From the IMG/VR virus record IMGVR_UViG_3300030329_003698, positions 13,183 to 77,182 of that record: a stretch of 64,000 nt of DNA; one strand, 5' to 3'. Under the pieces are notes generated by a model. That model saw only the letters and a program-made list of their open reading frames with translations, had not been told where the DNA came from and ran no database searches. Made by a program: the position numbers and the translations under genes. This DNA is from a virus. Below, in pieces: positions 48,008 through 59,200 of this stretch (its first letter is position 1; each line of letters opens with the position of its first letter).

Positions 48008-49676
48008 AAAAAAAAGAATCCTCTTGTGCAACGAGGCTTCATTCCTAAATACTGGTTATGCTACTTATGGCCGAGAGGTCATGAAAAGATGGCATGCGTC
48101 CGGTAAATACGATGTAGCAGAGCTATCTGTCTATGCTCATCCGGCAGACGAGAGACTTAATGAAATACCGTGGCCTACATATCCAAACTCTCCGCTACCA
48201 AACAATTCAGAAGCATTCAACGAGTACCACTCCATCCCAACCAACCAATTTGGAGAATGGAGATTTGAGGATGTCTGCTTAGACTTTAAACCTGATATCG
48301 TGGTAGATATCAGAGACTTCTGGATGCTGGAGTTTGAAGAGAGGTCGCCTTTTAGAGATCTGTTTTATTGGTTCATCATGCCCACCGTTGACGCAGAAGG
48401 GCAAAACGAGCAATGGTTGGCAACCTACGCAAACGCTGACGTAGTCTTCACATATTCAGACTTTGCTGGCGAGACACTAAAACAAGAAAGCGGAGGGTGT
48501 ATCAACTATGTTGGCACTGCTCCACCTTCAGCGGACTCAGTATATCGACCGGCAGAAGATAGAGATGAACACAAAAAGCGCCTTGGTCTGAAACCAGAAA
48601 CAAAGATCATCGGCACGGTGATGCGCAACCAGCGTAGAAAACTGTTCCCAGACCTATTCGAAACCTTTAGAAAGTTCCTAGATCTCACCGACAACCCAAA
48701 CATCTTTCTATATTGCCATACAAGCTACCCTGATGTTGGGTGGGATCTCCCAAAGCTGATAAAGAAGTTCGGCTTGGCCAGCAGGTTGTTATTCACCTAT
48801 GTATGCGAAGAATGTAACTGGTGTTTTCCTTCGTTTTTTGTTGACTCTATCACAAGTTGTTCGAGGTGCGGTGGCCATAAGTGTGGTTTGTCGAACGTTA
48901 ACAGAGGGGTTTCTACAGAATACCTTGCTGACATCATGAACACGTTTGACCTGTATATACAGTACGCCAACAGCGAAGGGTTTGGTTTGCCGCAAGTGGA
49001 GGCGGCGGCCTGCGGAGTACCAGTCATGTCTGTTGACTACTCTGCTATGAGTAGCGCTGTTAGAAAAATAAATGGCACACCTATCCAGCTAAAGACAAAA
49101 TATCTAGAACTGGAAACGGGATGTTATAGGGCCATACCAGACAATGATTACACCGTTGAGAAACTGGTTGAATTCTTCAAACTAAGCAAAGAAGAGCAGC
49201 ACGCCTTGGGGGACAACTCTAGAAAGGGTTTTGAGGAAAATTATTCCTATGACAAAACTGCTGAAATTTGGGAGAGAGAGTTTGACAACGCCCCCATAAG
49301 AGAGGGGATCTGGGATTCCCCACCCAAGCTACATAATCCGTCTACGGAGATTCCTAAAAATTTAACAAACAAAGAGATTGCCAAGTGGTTGATAGTAAAT
49401 GTCCTTGGCGATCCTTCTAAGCTGGATAGCTACATGGAGGCTAGGCTAACCAGAGACCTGAACTACGGAGTCTTTATAGAAGGTACTGGTAGCCTGTATT
49501 TTAACGAAGATTGCTATGCTTACAACAAACCCTCGTTTCAGAAATTTGACGTTCAAGAGGCTTACAACCAGCTAGCCGGAATGAGAGGAAAAATTAACTA
49601 CTGGGAGCAAAGAAGGCTTGGTCAAATTCAAGCTCCCAGACCGAAATGGATGCCCAACAATGTTCCCAGTATTTAA
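47997..49676 (+). CDS. GT-B (GT4-type) glycosyltransferase with Zn-ribbon insertion
   Basis: TGYATY, RNQRRK, EGFGLPQVEAAACG; CEEC...CSRC insert. Confidence 0.85.
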   Translation: MANRKKRILLCNEASFLNTGYATYGREVMKRWHASGKYDVAELSVYAHPADERLNEIPWPTYPNSPLPNNSEAFNEYHSIPTNQFGEWRFEDVCLDFKPDIVVDIRDFWMLEFEERSPFRDLFYWFIMPTVDAEGQNEQWLATYANADVVFTYSDFAGETLKQESGGCINYVGTAPPSADSVYRPAEDRDEHKKRLGLKPETKIIGTVMRNQRRKLFPDLFETFRKFLDLTDNPNIFLYCHTSYPDVGWDLPKLIKKFGLASRLLFTYVCEECNWCFPSFFVDSITSCSRCGGHKCGLSNVNRGVSTEYLADIMNTFDLYIQYANSEGFGLPQVEAAACGVPVMSVDYSAMSSAVRKINGTPIQLKTKYLELETGCYRAIPDNDYTVEKLVEFFKLSKEEQHALGDNSRKGFEENYSYDKTAEIWEREFDNAPIREGIWDSPPKLHNPSTEIPKNLTNKEIAKWLIVNVLGDPSKLDSYMEARLTRDLNYGVFIEGTGSLYFNEDCYAYNKPSFQKFDVQEAYNQLAGMRGKINYWEQRRLGQIQAPRPKWMPNNVPSI

Positions 49677-49944
49677 AAACAGAGCCGGATTTGAAATAAC
49701 GTTCAATAATGAGGTTACAGTCTTTGTAGAATGGGATTCTTCCAGTGGTAACCTTGCCTCTGCGAGAGCTTCTCACTCTAAAGCTGGAGATTTACACGTC
49801 ACAAGTTTTGAGAAAAAGTACACGGAAGGCAACTACACTATTAAAGATTTGTCGCCTGAAGAGCTTCTTAAATTTTTGAACAAGTCTTGCAGCATGCGTT
49901 TTACAGAAGAGGGCGAACAGTGCGTAGCCTTTTTTGACTTTTAA
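49660..49944 (+). CDS. Hypothetical protein
   Basis: Coupled ORF. Confidence 0.55.
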   Translation: MFPVFKNRAGFEITFNNEVTVFVEWDSSSGNLASARASHSKAGDLHVTSFEKKYTEGNYTIKDLSPEELLKFLNKSCSMRFTEEGEQCVAFFDF

Positions 49945-49957
49945 ATAGATAGAAGAA

Positions 49958-51088
49958 ATGAAAGTATTATTTATAGGCTGTTATAGAGATGGTACTGGCT
50001 GGGCAAAAGCAGCCGGTGACTATATTCTGGCAATGGATGCCGCCGGAATAGATGTGGTGTGCAGACCTTTGAAGTTGAATGATAACAATATGCGAATCCA
50101 TCCTAGATTGATGGAGTTAGAACAAAAAAGTCTTCGTGGTAGCGACATCTGTATTCAAAACCTTCTACCACACCACATGGATTACAATGGCTTGTTTGAT
50201 AAAAACATAGCGCTTTATTTTACAGAAACCGATAGGTTTACGGAATCAACTTGGGCCAACAAAATCAATTTGATGGATGAGGCTTGGGTTGCTTGCAGCC
50301 AAATGGTGGAAGCCTCAGAGAGAAGCGGGGTTAATGTACCTATAAAGGTTATCCCATGTGCGTCAGATGAAAACAAATATATGACGCCCAGACCAAAGCT
50401 ACAGATACCAGAACTACAAGAAAAATTCTCCTTCTACTTTATTGGCGACAGTACAAGAAGAAAAAACCTTGTGGCCTTACTAAAAGCCTACCACCTAGAA
50501 TTTGAGACGCACGAACAAGTCGCCCTTGTGGTAAAAACCACCAAGTATGGAGAACACCCAGACCAGACTCTAGAAAACCTTAAAAATATCTGCAACACGG
50601 TGAAGGCTAACCTCAAGCTGTACCCTTCATTGGACAAATATAATTATGAACTATTAATCACTGAACACATATCTGAAGAAGAATTGAATAGCTTGCATGC
50701 CTCTTGCCACTGCTTTGTCATGCCTAGTTTCGGAGAAGCTTGGTGTATACCCGCCTTTGATGCCATGGGGTTTGGCAGCACGCCTATTTGCTCAGACGTG
50801 GGTGGCCCGAGAGACTTCTTACAAGACGCAGGTTTTTTGATTGAGTGTACCGAAGAACCAGTCTTTGGTATGACAGATACGTTTTCAGACATATATGTGG
50901 GTCGTGAAAACTGGTGGAGCATCAATATTAATTCTCTCAGGAAGAAGATGAGAGAAGTGTACGAATTGTGGAAAGATAACGGGACAGAGTACGCCGACTT
51001 GCAGGATAGAGGCTTGCAGAGAGCCAAAGAGTATTCCTATGAGAAGGTCGGACAAATGATCAAGCGGGAGCTAGAGAATGCCAGTTAA
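49958..51088 (+). CDS. GT-B (GT4-type) glycosyltransferase
   Basis: RRKN, PSFGEAWCIPAFDAM. Confidence 0.85.
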   Translation: MKVLFIGCYRDGTGWAKAAGDYILAMDAAGIDVVCRPLKLNDNNMRIHPRLMELEQKSLRGSDICIQNLLPHHMDYNGLFDKNIALYFTETDRFTESTWANKINLMDEAWVACSQMVEASERSGVNVPIKVIPCASDENKYMTPRPKLQIPELQEKFSFYFIGDSTRRKNLVALLKAYHLEFETHEQVALVVKTTKYGEHPDQTLENLKNICNTVKANLKLYPSLDKYNYELLITEHISEEELNSLHASCHCFVMPSFGEAWCIPAFDAMGFGSTPICSDVGGPRDFLQDAGFLIECTEEPVFGMTDTFSDIYVGRENWWSININSLRKKMREVYELWKDNGTEYADLQDRGLQRAKEYSYEKVGQMIKRELENAS

Positions 51089-52076
51089 TCCAGTCTCTTC
51101 TATTACAAGAGCGGCTACTAGGTCTCCAGACGAACCGCTAAATGTTCTAACCTTCGTGACACACGAAAGATATGAACCCAACCTCTGTAGAACGAACCAC
51201 AACTTCTACGCTATCACTGGACAGGGAATAAGAAACTGGAACACCCAATACGCACCCATTCCAAAAAACTACCATATATTGGATGGGCGGCTTGAAGAAG
51301 AACAAGTCCCAGTTCATTTGGATATAGACGTTGTTCTTTGTCAAAATGTAATGGCTCATTACCCACTCGCTCACCAGTTTGCCCAAATGCACCGGCTACC
51401 GTTGGTTAACCTGTGGCATCTACTACCCCCTACAGACTGGAGCAAAGAAGAGTTCGACTACTTCACCAGTCTAGATGCAGATGTCGATGTGTTTATTTCT
51501 GAATACAACAAGGAAGTATGGAACAAACCCAACGGGAAGGTGATATATCATGGTATGGATACAGACTTCTGGAAGCCGTCGCAGGTAGAAAGAAAACAAC
51601 AGGCTCTGTCTGTGGTAAACGATTGGATCAACAGAGATTGGTGTTGTGGTTTTAGTATCTGGGATAGAGTAACCCAAAACTTACCAACATACGTTATAGG
51701 CGATACTCCGGGCTTGTCTAAGCCAGCAGAATCTCTTGAAGAATTGAGAGACTCTTATTGTGAATCACAGGTGTTTATCAACACATCAACACATTCTCCC
51801 ATACCTTGTTCCTTGCTTGAAGCTATGTCGTGTGGGTGTGCGGTAGTTTCTACTGCAACGTGTCTGATCCCAGAGGTGATAGAAAACGGAGTCAATGGGT
51901 TTTTGTCAAACGACGAAGACGAACTAAGACAGTATACAGTTGACCTTTTGAATGACCCGGAACTCGCGGCTAAAGTGGGTCAGGAAGCCAGAAAGACAAT
52001 TGAAAATATGTTCAACATGGACAGATTTGTCTCAGAGTGGGACGATATATTGAGAGGCGTTGCAGATTATGCATGA
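51078..52076 (+). CDS. GT-B (GT4-type) glycosyltransferase
   Basis: SLLEAMSCGCAVVST, ENGVNGF. Confidence 0.85.
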   Translation: MPVNPVSSITRAATRSPDEPLNVLTFVTHERYEPNLCRTNHNFYAITGQGIRNWNTQYAPIPKNYHILDGRLEEEQVPVHLDIDVVLCQNVMAHYPLAHQFAQMHRLPLVNLWHLLPPTDWSKEEFDYFTSLDADVDVFISEYNKEVWNKPNGKVIYHGMDTDFWKPSQVERKQQALSVVNDWINRDWCCGFSIWDRVTQNLPTYVIGDTPGLSKPAESLEELRDSYCESQVFINTSTHSPIPCSLLEAMSCGCAVVSTATCLIPEVIENGVNGFLSNDEDELRQYTVDLLNDPELAAKVGQEARKTIENMFNMDRFVSEWDDILRGVADYA

Positions 52077-52791
52077 AGATAAAATACATTCTTTGTTGTA
52101 TAAGTTTAGAACATTTGGTATAATCTCTCATTGGATGCCCAACGCAATAGGGTTGTGGCCCAACGAACAAGAGTGCATACTGTGGCTCTCTCTGAATTCT
52201 GACCCTAAAGCAAACTGGATGGAGATAGGGTCTTTTTGTGGGGGTTCAGCAGTTCTTTTATGTCTTGCTAGAAGGCTTGTTGGAGGCCAACCAAGCGTCT
52301 ATTCCGTAGACATGGATTTTGAAGCCTATGGAATGTTTGATAATAATGTGTATAACAAGGGAGGATTTGCTGATCTGTCTAAAAAAATAGAATGTGACAG
52401 CAGCGATCTATCTTCGTATTATAGTGGAGACCCTCTCAGCTTTGTATTTATAGATGGTTTTCATTCTTTCAAACAGGTCGTAAAAGATTTTGAAACTGTG
52501 AAGCCATGGCTAACAAAAGATGCTATTGTTGCTTTTCACGATATATCTCCAGACCTTGAGTCGAGAGTGGAGACAGAGTACGACTACGAAGAGCTTTTTC
52601 AGAGAGAAGACGAAGACTTTATGCTGGATGAAGCTGTAGCATATATATTACAAAACAACGACGATTTCCAGTTAATGGATATTCCCGTCAAAAAACAAAT
52701 TAGACACTTTGAGGAAACTGGTAGACGATCTTGGGTGAGAGGAAAAACCAGCCCCTTCAACGCCGTTGGCGCAATCAGGAGAATAGGATGA
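52069..52791 (+). CDS. Class I SAM methyltransferase (Methyltransf_24-like)
   Basis: EIGSFCGGS, FIDGFH, FHD. Confidence 0.85.
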   Translation: MHEDKIHSLLYKFRTFGIISHWMPNAIGLWPNEQECILWLSLNSDPKANWMEIGSFCGGSAVLLCLARRLVGGQPSVYSVDMDFEAYGMFDNNVYNKGGFADLSKKIECDSSDLSSYYSGDPLSFVFIDGFHSFKQVVKDFETVKPWLTKDAIVAFHDISPDLESRVETEYDYEELFQREDEDFMLDEAVAYILQNNDDFQLMDIPVKKQIRHFEETGRRSWVRGKTSPFNAVGAIRRIG

Positions 52792-53258
52792 AAGTTAATC
52801 TAATGTGGGGTCAAGGACACCCTCTATCTGGATATCTAAACGTAGACCCTCACACATACGGTGTAGAAGGGGTAAACACCGGAGATGTGACAGATCTAGA
52901 TGGTTATGTAAATGACTCTGAGGCAACAGAAATATTAGCATTGGATATCATAGATTTTTTGCCACTGGACATTGCCGGAAAGGCTATTCATAACTGGGTT
53001 CAAAAATTGAGGCACGGGGGAAGGATCGTCGTTGGAGGAACAGACGTGGCTCTTGTCTGTATGATGTTCAACAAGAAGGAGATGGATCTTACAGAATTTA
53101 ATAAGATCATGCACGGCGAACAGACCGCAGGTTGGGACTTTAAAGCCAGTCACCTTAGCATAAAAGAGCTTGCAGAATTACTAGAGGGTCTTGGGCTGAA
53201 GATCTTAAAAAAGAGGCACTCTAAATTCAAAATGTCGGTGGAGGCACAGAGACCATGA
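52788..53258 (+). CDS. Methyltransferase-like protein (degenerate)
   Basis: GYLNVD, LRHGG; resembles small glycan-cluster MTases. Confidence 0.55.
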   Translation: MKVNLMWGQGHPLSGYLNVDPHTYGVEGVNTGDVTDLDGYVNDSEATEILALDIIDFLPLDIAGKAIHNWVQKLRHGGRIVVGGTDVALVCMMFNKKEMDLTEFNKIMHGEQTAGWDFKASHLSIKELAELLEGLGLKILKKRHSKFKMSVEAQRP

Positions 53259-54049
53259 CCAACGAAAAAGAAAAAGTAATCATGTCCTGCAAAGGATGTG
53301 TGTTCGCAAACAAAATCGGTATCACTCAGGTGGGGTGTGATCTAAATAATATAGAAACATTTAGGGATTCTGGAACCAACGTTGTTGAAGGATACGACGA
53401 TGACGAGGAGTTCTACATCATCGAAAGATTGTGTCAATTTTACAGAGATGAAAACTGGTCTAAAAATGTTTCAGACCCCAAACAACAAGTGGAAAAAGAA
53501 GTAGAGATTTCCTGCGGATTTATTATACTTCACGAATATGGAAAACCTTTGGATGACATAAAGGATACATTCAAGGGGATACAACAACAAGAAGTGGCTC
53601 CGAGATATGTGACCCTTGTTGTATCAAAAAAAGAAGACAACCCCTTCAACATAAGGCATGTATGCCACGAGCATTTTGATTACCCAAACGTAGAAAAAAA
53701 CATACCATTTAATATTGTAACAATGCTTAACTTAGATGCCACAGATCTAGAAATGGTAGATGAAGCTTTTGAAAAATCTCTAAATGGATACTACGTTATT
53801 TTTAGATCTGGGCAAAAAATTCCTCAGAACCTTACAGCTAAACTGAACGAATCCGTAAACACAAAACTAGATCAACTCAGTATGGTCAGAGCCAAGGATG
53901 ATAAAATGAATGGGTTGACCGTACAGTGTGTGGTTCACAAGTTCTTGGCAGGAAACAGGACTCTTCCTCTGGAAGAGAAGATTGAAATATTCGCAGAGGA
54001 AACAAAGAGAACCTCTTTCATAAAAGACTGGGATGAAGTATATGGATAA
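53255..54049 (+). CDS. Hypothetical protein with Cys-rich N-terminus
   Basis: CKGCVF...GC...C. Confidence 0.6.
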   Translation: MTNEKEKVIMSCKGCVFANKIGITQVGCDLNNIETFRDSGTNVVEGYDDDEEFYIIERLCQFYRDENWSKNVSDPKQQVEKEVEISCGFIILHEYGKPLDDIKDTFKGIQQQEVAPRYVTLVVSKKEDNPFNIRHVCHEHFDYPNVEKNIPFNIVTMLNLDATDLEMVDEAFEKSLNGYYVIFRSGQKIPQNLTAKLNESVNTKLDQLSMVRAKDDKMNGLTVQCVVHKFLAGNRTLPLEEKIEIFAEETKRTSFIKDWDEVYG

Positions 54050-54863
54050 CCTCCCGTTAATCACCATTGTTATTGCTAACTATAACTATGGACAATATAT
54101 CAACACAGCTATAGGCAGTGCGCTAAATCAAGATTATCCGGGGCCACTGCAAATCTGTGTTGTTGATGATGGGTCAACTGATGATTCTTGGGAGAAGATT
54201 CAAAATATAGTAGACACAGACACAACAAAAAAGGACGATCTAGAGATAGCAGAAAAGGTTATAGTCCGTCCCGATGGCTGTGAGATTAACGTTATAGCTA
54301 TCAAAAGACCGAATGGTGGAGCCAGCGTGGCTAGGAACACCGCCATCAACTACGCATGGGAAGAGACCAGCGCTTTCGCCATTCTTGACGCAGACGATGA
54401 ATACTATCCTAACAAAGTTTCAAAAATGGTTAGGAAGATGATGGACGACCCATCGAGAATTGGCGTCGTTTATGCAGATTATGAAATCCACGATCACAAC
54501 AGTGGAAAAGTCGTAAGAGAGTTTAAACAGCCATATAATAGAAACGTGCTGATGAACGAGTGTATTGTTCATAGTAATGCGTTGATCAGCAAACGAGCGT
54601 TCTCAGCAGTCAAAGAAGAGAGAGGGTTCTACGACCCCAATCTGCATGGTCCGGGCGGTGGAGAATTTATTGGTTGCGCTGAAGATTACGATCTTTGGAT
54701 AAGGATCAGTGAGCAGTTTATGATAGTGCATATCCCAGAATCACTAGCTGTGGCCAACATAACTGGATTAAATCAAACAACGAATGTCAATCCTGAAGTG
54801 TTTAGTAAGAACTGGCATTACATAATGTCGAAAGTTAAAAACAGACTTAATGCCCAAAAATAA
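54033..54863 (+). CDS. GT2 glycosyltransferase
   Basis: VDDGSTD, ARN, LDADD, EDYDLW. Confidence 0.92.
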   Translation: MKYMDNLPLITIVIANYNYGQYINTAIGSALNQDYPGPLQICVVDDGSTDDSWEKIQNIVDTDTTKKDDLEIAEKVIVRPDGCEINVIAIKRPNGGASVARNTAINYAWEETSAFAILDADDEYYPNKVSKMVRKMMDDPSRIGVVYADYEIHDHNSGKVVREFKQPYNRNVLMNECIVHSNALISKRAFSAVKEERGFYDPNLHGPGGGEFIGCAEDYDLWIRISEQFMIVHIPESLAVANITGLNQTTNVNPEVFSKNWHYIMSKVKNRLNAQK

Positions 54864-55587
54864 TTCTAGATTTACAGTTCCAGCAAAGAAAACTGCGTCT
54901 GGAACAGCAAAACATGATAAGCTTACTGTTATCATACCTGTGGCGGGAATGGGACACAGGATGAAATCGTATGGCCCGAAGTGTCTATTCCCAACCTCTA
55001 AAAACAGAACAATCATTGAACGATTGATTGGTAATGTAAAAAAAGTTTTTCCTTACTCTGAGATAATTGTCGTAGTGGGCTTCGAGGCAAATAAAATAAT
55101 TAGCACTCTACCATCTCATGTAAGGGTAGTAGAAAACCAACTATACGAAGAAACAAATATTGTAGAAAGTCTCAGGCTTGCTCTAAACAACTCGGTGCAT
55201 GATAATATATTAATTATCCACGGAGATCTAATCTTTAATGTATATACCTTACACGGTATAACTTCCGATAGCTCATGCGCCATTGTTGATACCAAAGATA
55301 GATTTGGAAAAAACGAAATAGGCGTCAATATTTTTGAAAACAAGATAACAAATTTTTCGTATGGCCTACAAAATAAATGGGCGCAGATAATATATCTAAC
55401 AGGACATGAGCTTGAGATATTTAAGAGCCTTTGTTCTGAGAGAGACAAAAATAAGATGTATATGTTTGAAATACTAAACATGGTTATAGATAAAAACGGA
55501 TTAATAGAAGCAAGAGAACCAAAAGGTATGCAAATACTAGAAGTGGATTCTCTTAAAGATCTTCCAAATTGGGGAAAATCTGTATGA
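54850..55587 (+). CDS. Nucleotidyltransferase (LicC/NTP_transf-like)
   Basis: AGMGHRM...PKCL, VVGF, GD. Confidence 0.85.
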   Translation: MPKNNSRFTVPAKKTASGTAKHDKLTVIIPVAGMGHRMKSYGPKCLFPTSKNRTIIERLIGNVKKVFPYSEIIVVVGFEANKIISTLPSHVRVVENQLYEETNIVESLRLALNNSVHDNILIIHGDLIFNVYTLHGITSDSSCAIVDTKDRFGKNEIGVNIFENKITNFSYGLQNKWAQIIYLTGHELEIFKSLCSERDKNKMYMFEILNMVIDKNGLIEAREPKGMQILEVDSLKDLPNWGKSV

Positions 55588-56645
55588 AGATAATGATTTC
55601 AAGCGACGGCCCACACGCCCACTTCTTCATAAGAACAGGATGGGCTAGAGTTCTCTCTGCTCTGGGACACAATGTACAACTTTGGGATATCCAAGAAAAG
55701 AATCCGTTCGACGCTTTTGACGAGTTTGAACCGGACATGTTCTTTGGGCAAACATACAATCTTAATAACTCCCTTTTCAAATGTATAAAAGAACGCCCAC
55801 ACCTCAAAGTCATGATGAAGGCTGCGGATTGGGGCGATATGCAAAAGGAAATAGACCCAGAAAAGTACGGAGTTTTGTTTGCCACCGAAGATGAAAAAAA
55901 ATTAGTCGAAGCTCTCAAAGAGCAGACCGGAAAACCAGACTTCTTGCACATCTATTATCCAGAGTCCTGTGTTGATTCTACGCACAACGGATGGAAAGAG
56001 GCGGGATGCAGGACTGTGTCGGTGATGAACGGCGCTGATCTCTTTGTGTATGCTGGGGGGAATAGAAAGCCGCAGTATGAATGCGATGTATCTTTTGTTG
56101 GCGGGTATTGGCCATACAAAGCCCAAAATATGGATAAGTATCTGATGCCATTGACACATCCTGTTGGCAAATACAATGTTAAATTTTTTGGAAACCAAGG
56201 GTGGCCCGGATGTCATTACATGGGGTGGATTCCAGACGAAGAAGTCAAACACCTGATGAAGTCCTCAAAAATCTGTCCAAACATCAGCGAACCACACGCA
56301 ACAGAATTTGGTTTTGATGTAAACGAAAGAACTTTCAAAATATTAGCCAACGAGTGTTTTTGCATCTCAGATTATGTTGAATCGATGGCAAAGGAAGTGT
56401 ACACAAACGACGAAGTTGTTTTTGCCAAAACACCAGAAGAGTTTCACGAACTCGTACACCACTTTGTTAAATATCCAGACGAAAGAATCCCCTATATGAA
56501 AAGGGGATACCAAACCGTGATGAATAATCACACATACTTCCATAGGGTGTCAAAAATGCTTGAGGAATTTGACATGCCGGAGGAAGCAGAGAGATGCTTA
56601 GATATGTATGCGAAAGTTAAGCCAGAGATAGGCGTGGTAGCTTGA
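55584..56645 (+). CDS. CgeB-like glycosyltransferase
   Basis: DVSFVGG, NERTFKI, HTYFHR. Confidence 0.8.
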   Translation: MKIMISSDGPHAHFFIRTGWARVLSALGHNVQLWDIQEKNPFDAFDEFEPDMFFGQTYNLNNSLFKCIKERPHLKVMMKAADWGDMQKEIDPEKYGVLFATEDEKKLVEALKEQTGKPDFLHIYYPESCVDSTHNGWKEAGCRTVSVMNGADLFVYAGGNRKPQYECDVSFVGGYWPYKAQNMDKYLMPLTHPVGKYNVKFFGNQGWPGCHYMGWIPDEEVKHLMKSSKICPNISEPHATEFGFDVNERTFKILANECFCISDYVESMAKEVYTNDEVVFAKTPEEFHELVHHFVKYPDERIPYMKRGYQTVMNNHTYFHRVSKMLEEFDMPEEAERCLDMYAKVKPEIGVVA

Positions 56646-57382
56646 ATTTTACATTCGGTATAGTTACATATAGTGGACACGATGGCAAAGATAACGTTGT
56701 CAAAGTCAACAATATTATTGACGCTATTGAAAGCGAAAACATACCTGAATATGAAATAATTGTTGTTGGAGATTTTGCGTGGCAGAGAAAAAACACGCGG
56801 GTAATCAAGTTTGACGAGACGGTGAAAAAGGGTTGGATAACTCGCAAAAAAAATATCATTACAGAAGAAGCCAAGAATGACATTGTGGTCTACACACACG
56901 ATTACATTGCGCCAGTGAAAGGATTTTACAAAGGCTGGCTAAAGTTTGGAGAGGACTGGGACATTGCGATGAACGTGGTATTAAATGGGGATGGAACAAG
57001 GTACAGAGATTGGGTAGTCTTAGATGACCCACTCGTAAAGCCCGGATGGGTTCAACAAGAGCCTTGGTGTCCCCCGGAAGGTAAAATCAGAGAAGGAAGA
57101 TCATTCTTTCCTTCCTATGAATATAAAAACACGCGGCGCATGTATATTTCTGGTGGCTATTGGGTGGCCAAAAAGAAAGTTATGGAAGAAGAACCTCTGG
57201 ACGAGAGTATTGTTTGGGGGCAAGCTGAAGATGTCGAGTGGTCAGACAGAGTTCGTTCAAAGTACAAGTACGTGATGAACACATATTCTGCGGTGCAGCT
57301 AGACCACTACAAAGACCCCATTCTTCCGGTGTTTGATTACAGCATGATGAGTCAACGGTACGCGACGAAAGATCTGGTATGA
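56642..57382 (+). CDS. GT-A glycosyltransferase
   Basis: YEIIVVG, WITRKKN, HDY, EDVEWS. Confidence 0.75.
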   Translation: MNFTFGIVTYSGHDGKDNVVKVNNIIDAIESENIPEYEIIVVGDFAWQRKNTRVIKFDETVKKGWITRKKNIITEEAKNDIVVYTHDYIAPVKGFYKGWLKFGEDWDIAMNVVLNGDGTRYRDWVVLDDPLVKPGWVQQEPWCPPEGKIREGRSFFPSYEYKNTRRMYISGGYWVAKKKVMEEEPLDESIVWGQAEDVEWSDRVRSKYKYVMNTYSAVQLDHYKDPILPVFDYSMMSQRYATKDLV

Positions 57383-58758
57383 TTAAGCTAGTTATTTTTG
57401 ATTTGGATGGTGTTCTAGTAGAAGCTAGAGATATACACTACCACGCCCTAAATAGAGCTTTGGCGTCCATTGACGAACAATACATAGTCCAGAGAGAAGA
57501 GCATCTCTCCACATACGACGGTTTGCCAACACAAAAAAAGCTTGAAATACTGACAAAAGAAAAAGGGCTTCCCGAACAGGCTCATAAAGAGGTGTGGTCG
57601 AGGAAACAGGAGTGTACGGCTGATGTTATCAAAGACACGGTAAAGCCAGAAGACCATTCAGACATTAGTAATACTTTGTCATACCTAAAAGACAGGGGTC
57701 TTAAAGTATATTGTGCATCCAACTCTATAAGAAGTAGCGTAAAATTAATGCTGTTTCACGCAGGATACATAGAGTACATTGATGAATATTTTTCTAATGA
57801 GGACGTAGACAACCCCAAACCTCACGCTGAGATATACCTGCGCTGCATGATAAAGGCTGGTGTTAATCCCAAGGAGACTTTAATAGTAGAAGACTCTCAT
57901 ATTGGCAGAAAAGCAGCCCACGAGTCTGGCGCACATGTTATGGGTGTTAAAGGCTTAGAAGATGTAACTTATCAGAACGTAATACAAGCCATCAAAGACG
58001 CAAACAAAAAGAATGAAGTCAAGTTTCTAAAACCTAAATGGCAGGGTGGGAAGATGAAAGTTCTAATTCCAATGGCCGGGGCTGGTTCAAGATTTGAAAA
58101 AGCTGGGTATACATTTCCTAAACCTCTGATAGAGGTCAACGGAAAACCAATGATCCAGCTTGTGGTTGAAAATATCAATGTAGACGCAGAACACATTTTC
58201 ATAGTCCAAAAGGAACACTATGAAAAGTACAACCTGAAACATTTGTTACACCTAATATCTCCTAGTTGCAAAATTGTACAGGTGGATGGTATGACAGAGG
58301 GGGCGGCGTGTACGACGTTGCTGGCCAAAGAATTTATTGATAACGATGAACCTCTCTTGACAGCAAACTCCGATCAATTTGTAGAATGGGATAGCAACGA
58401 GTTTTTGTACGCCATGCAGGCAGACGGAGTTGACGGAGGTATCCTAACTTTTGATTCTGTTCACCCAAAGTGGAGTTTTGCCAAGGTTGACGAAACCGGA
58501 TTCGTCACCGAGGTCGCAGAAAAGAAACCTATTTCAAACAACGCCACTGTTGGTATCTATTATTGGTCTAAGGGTAGTGATTACGTAAAATATGCGGAGC
58601 AAATGATAGCTAGTAACAGGCGTGTGAACAATGAGTTCTATGTGTGTCCTGTTTTTAACGAAGCTATACAAGACGATAAGAAGATAAGAATTTTCCCAAT
58701 TGAAAAAATGTGGGGCTTGGGAACCCCAGAAGATCTGGACATCTTTCTGAAGAAGTAA
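57379..58758 (+). CDS. HAD phosphatase + sugar-nucleotidyltransferase fusion
   Basis: DLDGV, KP, EDS; PMAGAGSRF, PKPLI, EKKPIS, NEFY, LGTPEDL. Confidence 0.88.
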   Translation: MIKLVIFDLDGVLVEARDIHYHALNRALASIDEQYIVQREEHLSTYDGLPTQKKLEILTKEKGLPEQAHKEVWSRKQECTADVIKDTVKPEDHSDISNTLSYLKDRGLKVYCASNSIRSSVKLMLFHAGYIEYIDEYFSNEDVDNPKPHAEIYLRCMIKAGVNPKETLIVEDSHIGRKAAHESGAHVMGVKGLEDVTYQNVIQAIKDANKKNEVKFLKPKWQGGKMKVLIPMAGAGSRFEKAGYTFPKPLIEVNGKPMIQLVVENINVDAEHIFIVQKEHYEKYNLKHLLHLISPSCKIVQVDGMTEGAACTTLLAKEFIDNDEPLLTANSDQFVEWDSNEFLYAMQADGVDGGILTFDSVHPKWSFAKVDETGFVTEVAEKKPISNNATVGIYYWSKGSDYVKYAEQMIASNRRVNNEFYVCPVFNEAIQDDKKIRIFPIEKMWGLGTPEDLDIFLKK

Positions 58759-58759
58759 A

Positions 58760-59200
58760 ATGAAGTTTATATCACATCGCGGAAATCTGGCAGGTGCTGA
58801 TCCGGGCAAAGAGAACAGACCTTCTTATATCAAGGAGGCTATGAGGGCTGGTTATGATGTTGAGATAGATGTCTGGTTTTTTAACGGGGCTTGGTTCTTG
58901 GGACACGACGACCCAACCCACGCTATCGAACTAGACTTTTTAATGAACAACAAGCTGCTTTGTCACGCCAAAAACTTAGCCGCCCTTGATAAGATGCTAG
59001 TCCACACAAACATACATTGTTTTTGGCATCAGGAAGACCATTACAGCATCACAAGCAATGGCTATATAGTCAGCTACCCCGGATATGACACGACCAAAAA
59101 GACAATCTGTATGAAACCAGAACTGGTATCTGAAGAGTCAGTTAACGACTGCTACGCCATTTGTTCTGACTATATTCAAAAATGGGGGGCAAATGTCTGA
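58760..59200 (+). CDS. Small glycerophosphodiester phosphodiesterase-like protein
   Basis: SHRGN, EN, DVEIDV, LGHD, ICSD. Confidence 0.8.
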   Translation: MKFISHRGNLAGADPGKENRPSYIKEAMRAGYDVEIDVWFFNGAWFLGHDDPTHAIELDFLMNNKLLCHAKNLAALDKMLVHTNIHCFWHQEDHYSITSNGYIVSYPGYDTTKKTICMKPELVSEESVNDCYAICSDYIQKWGANV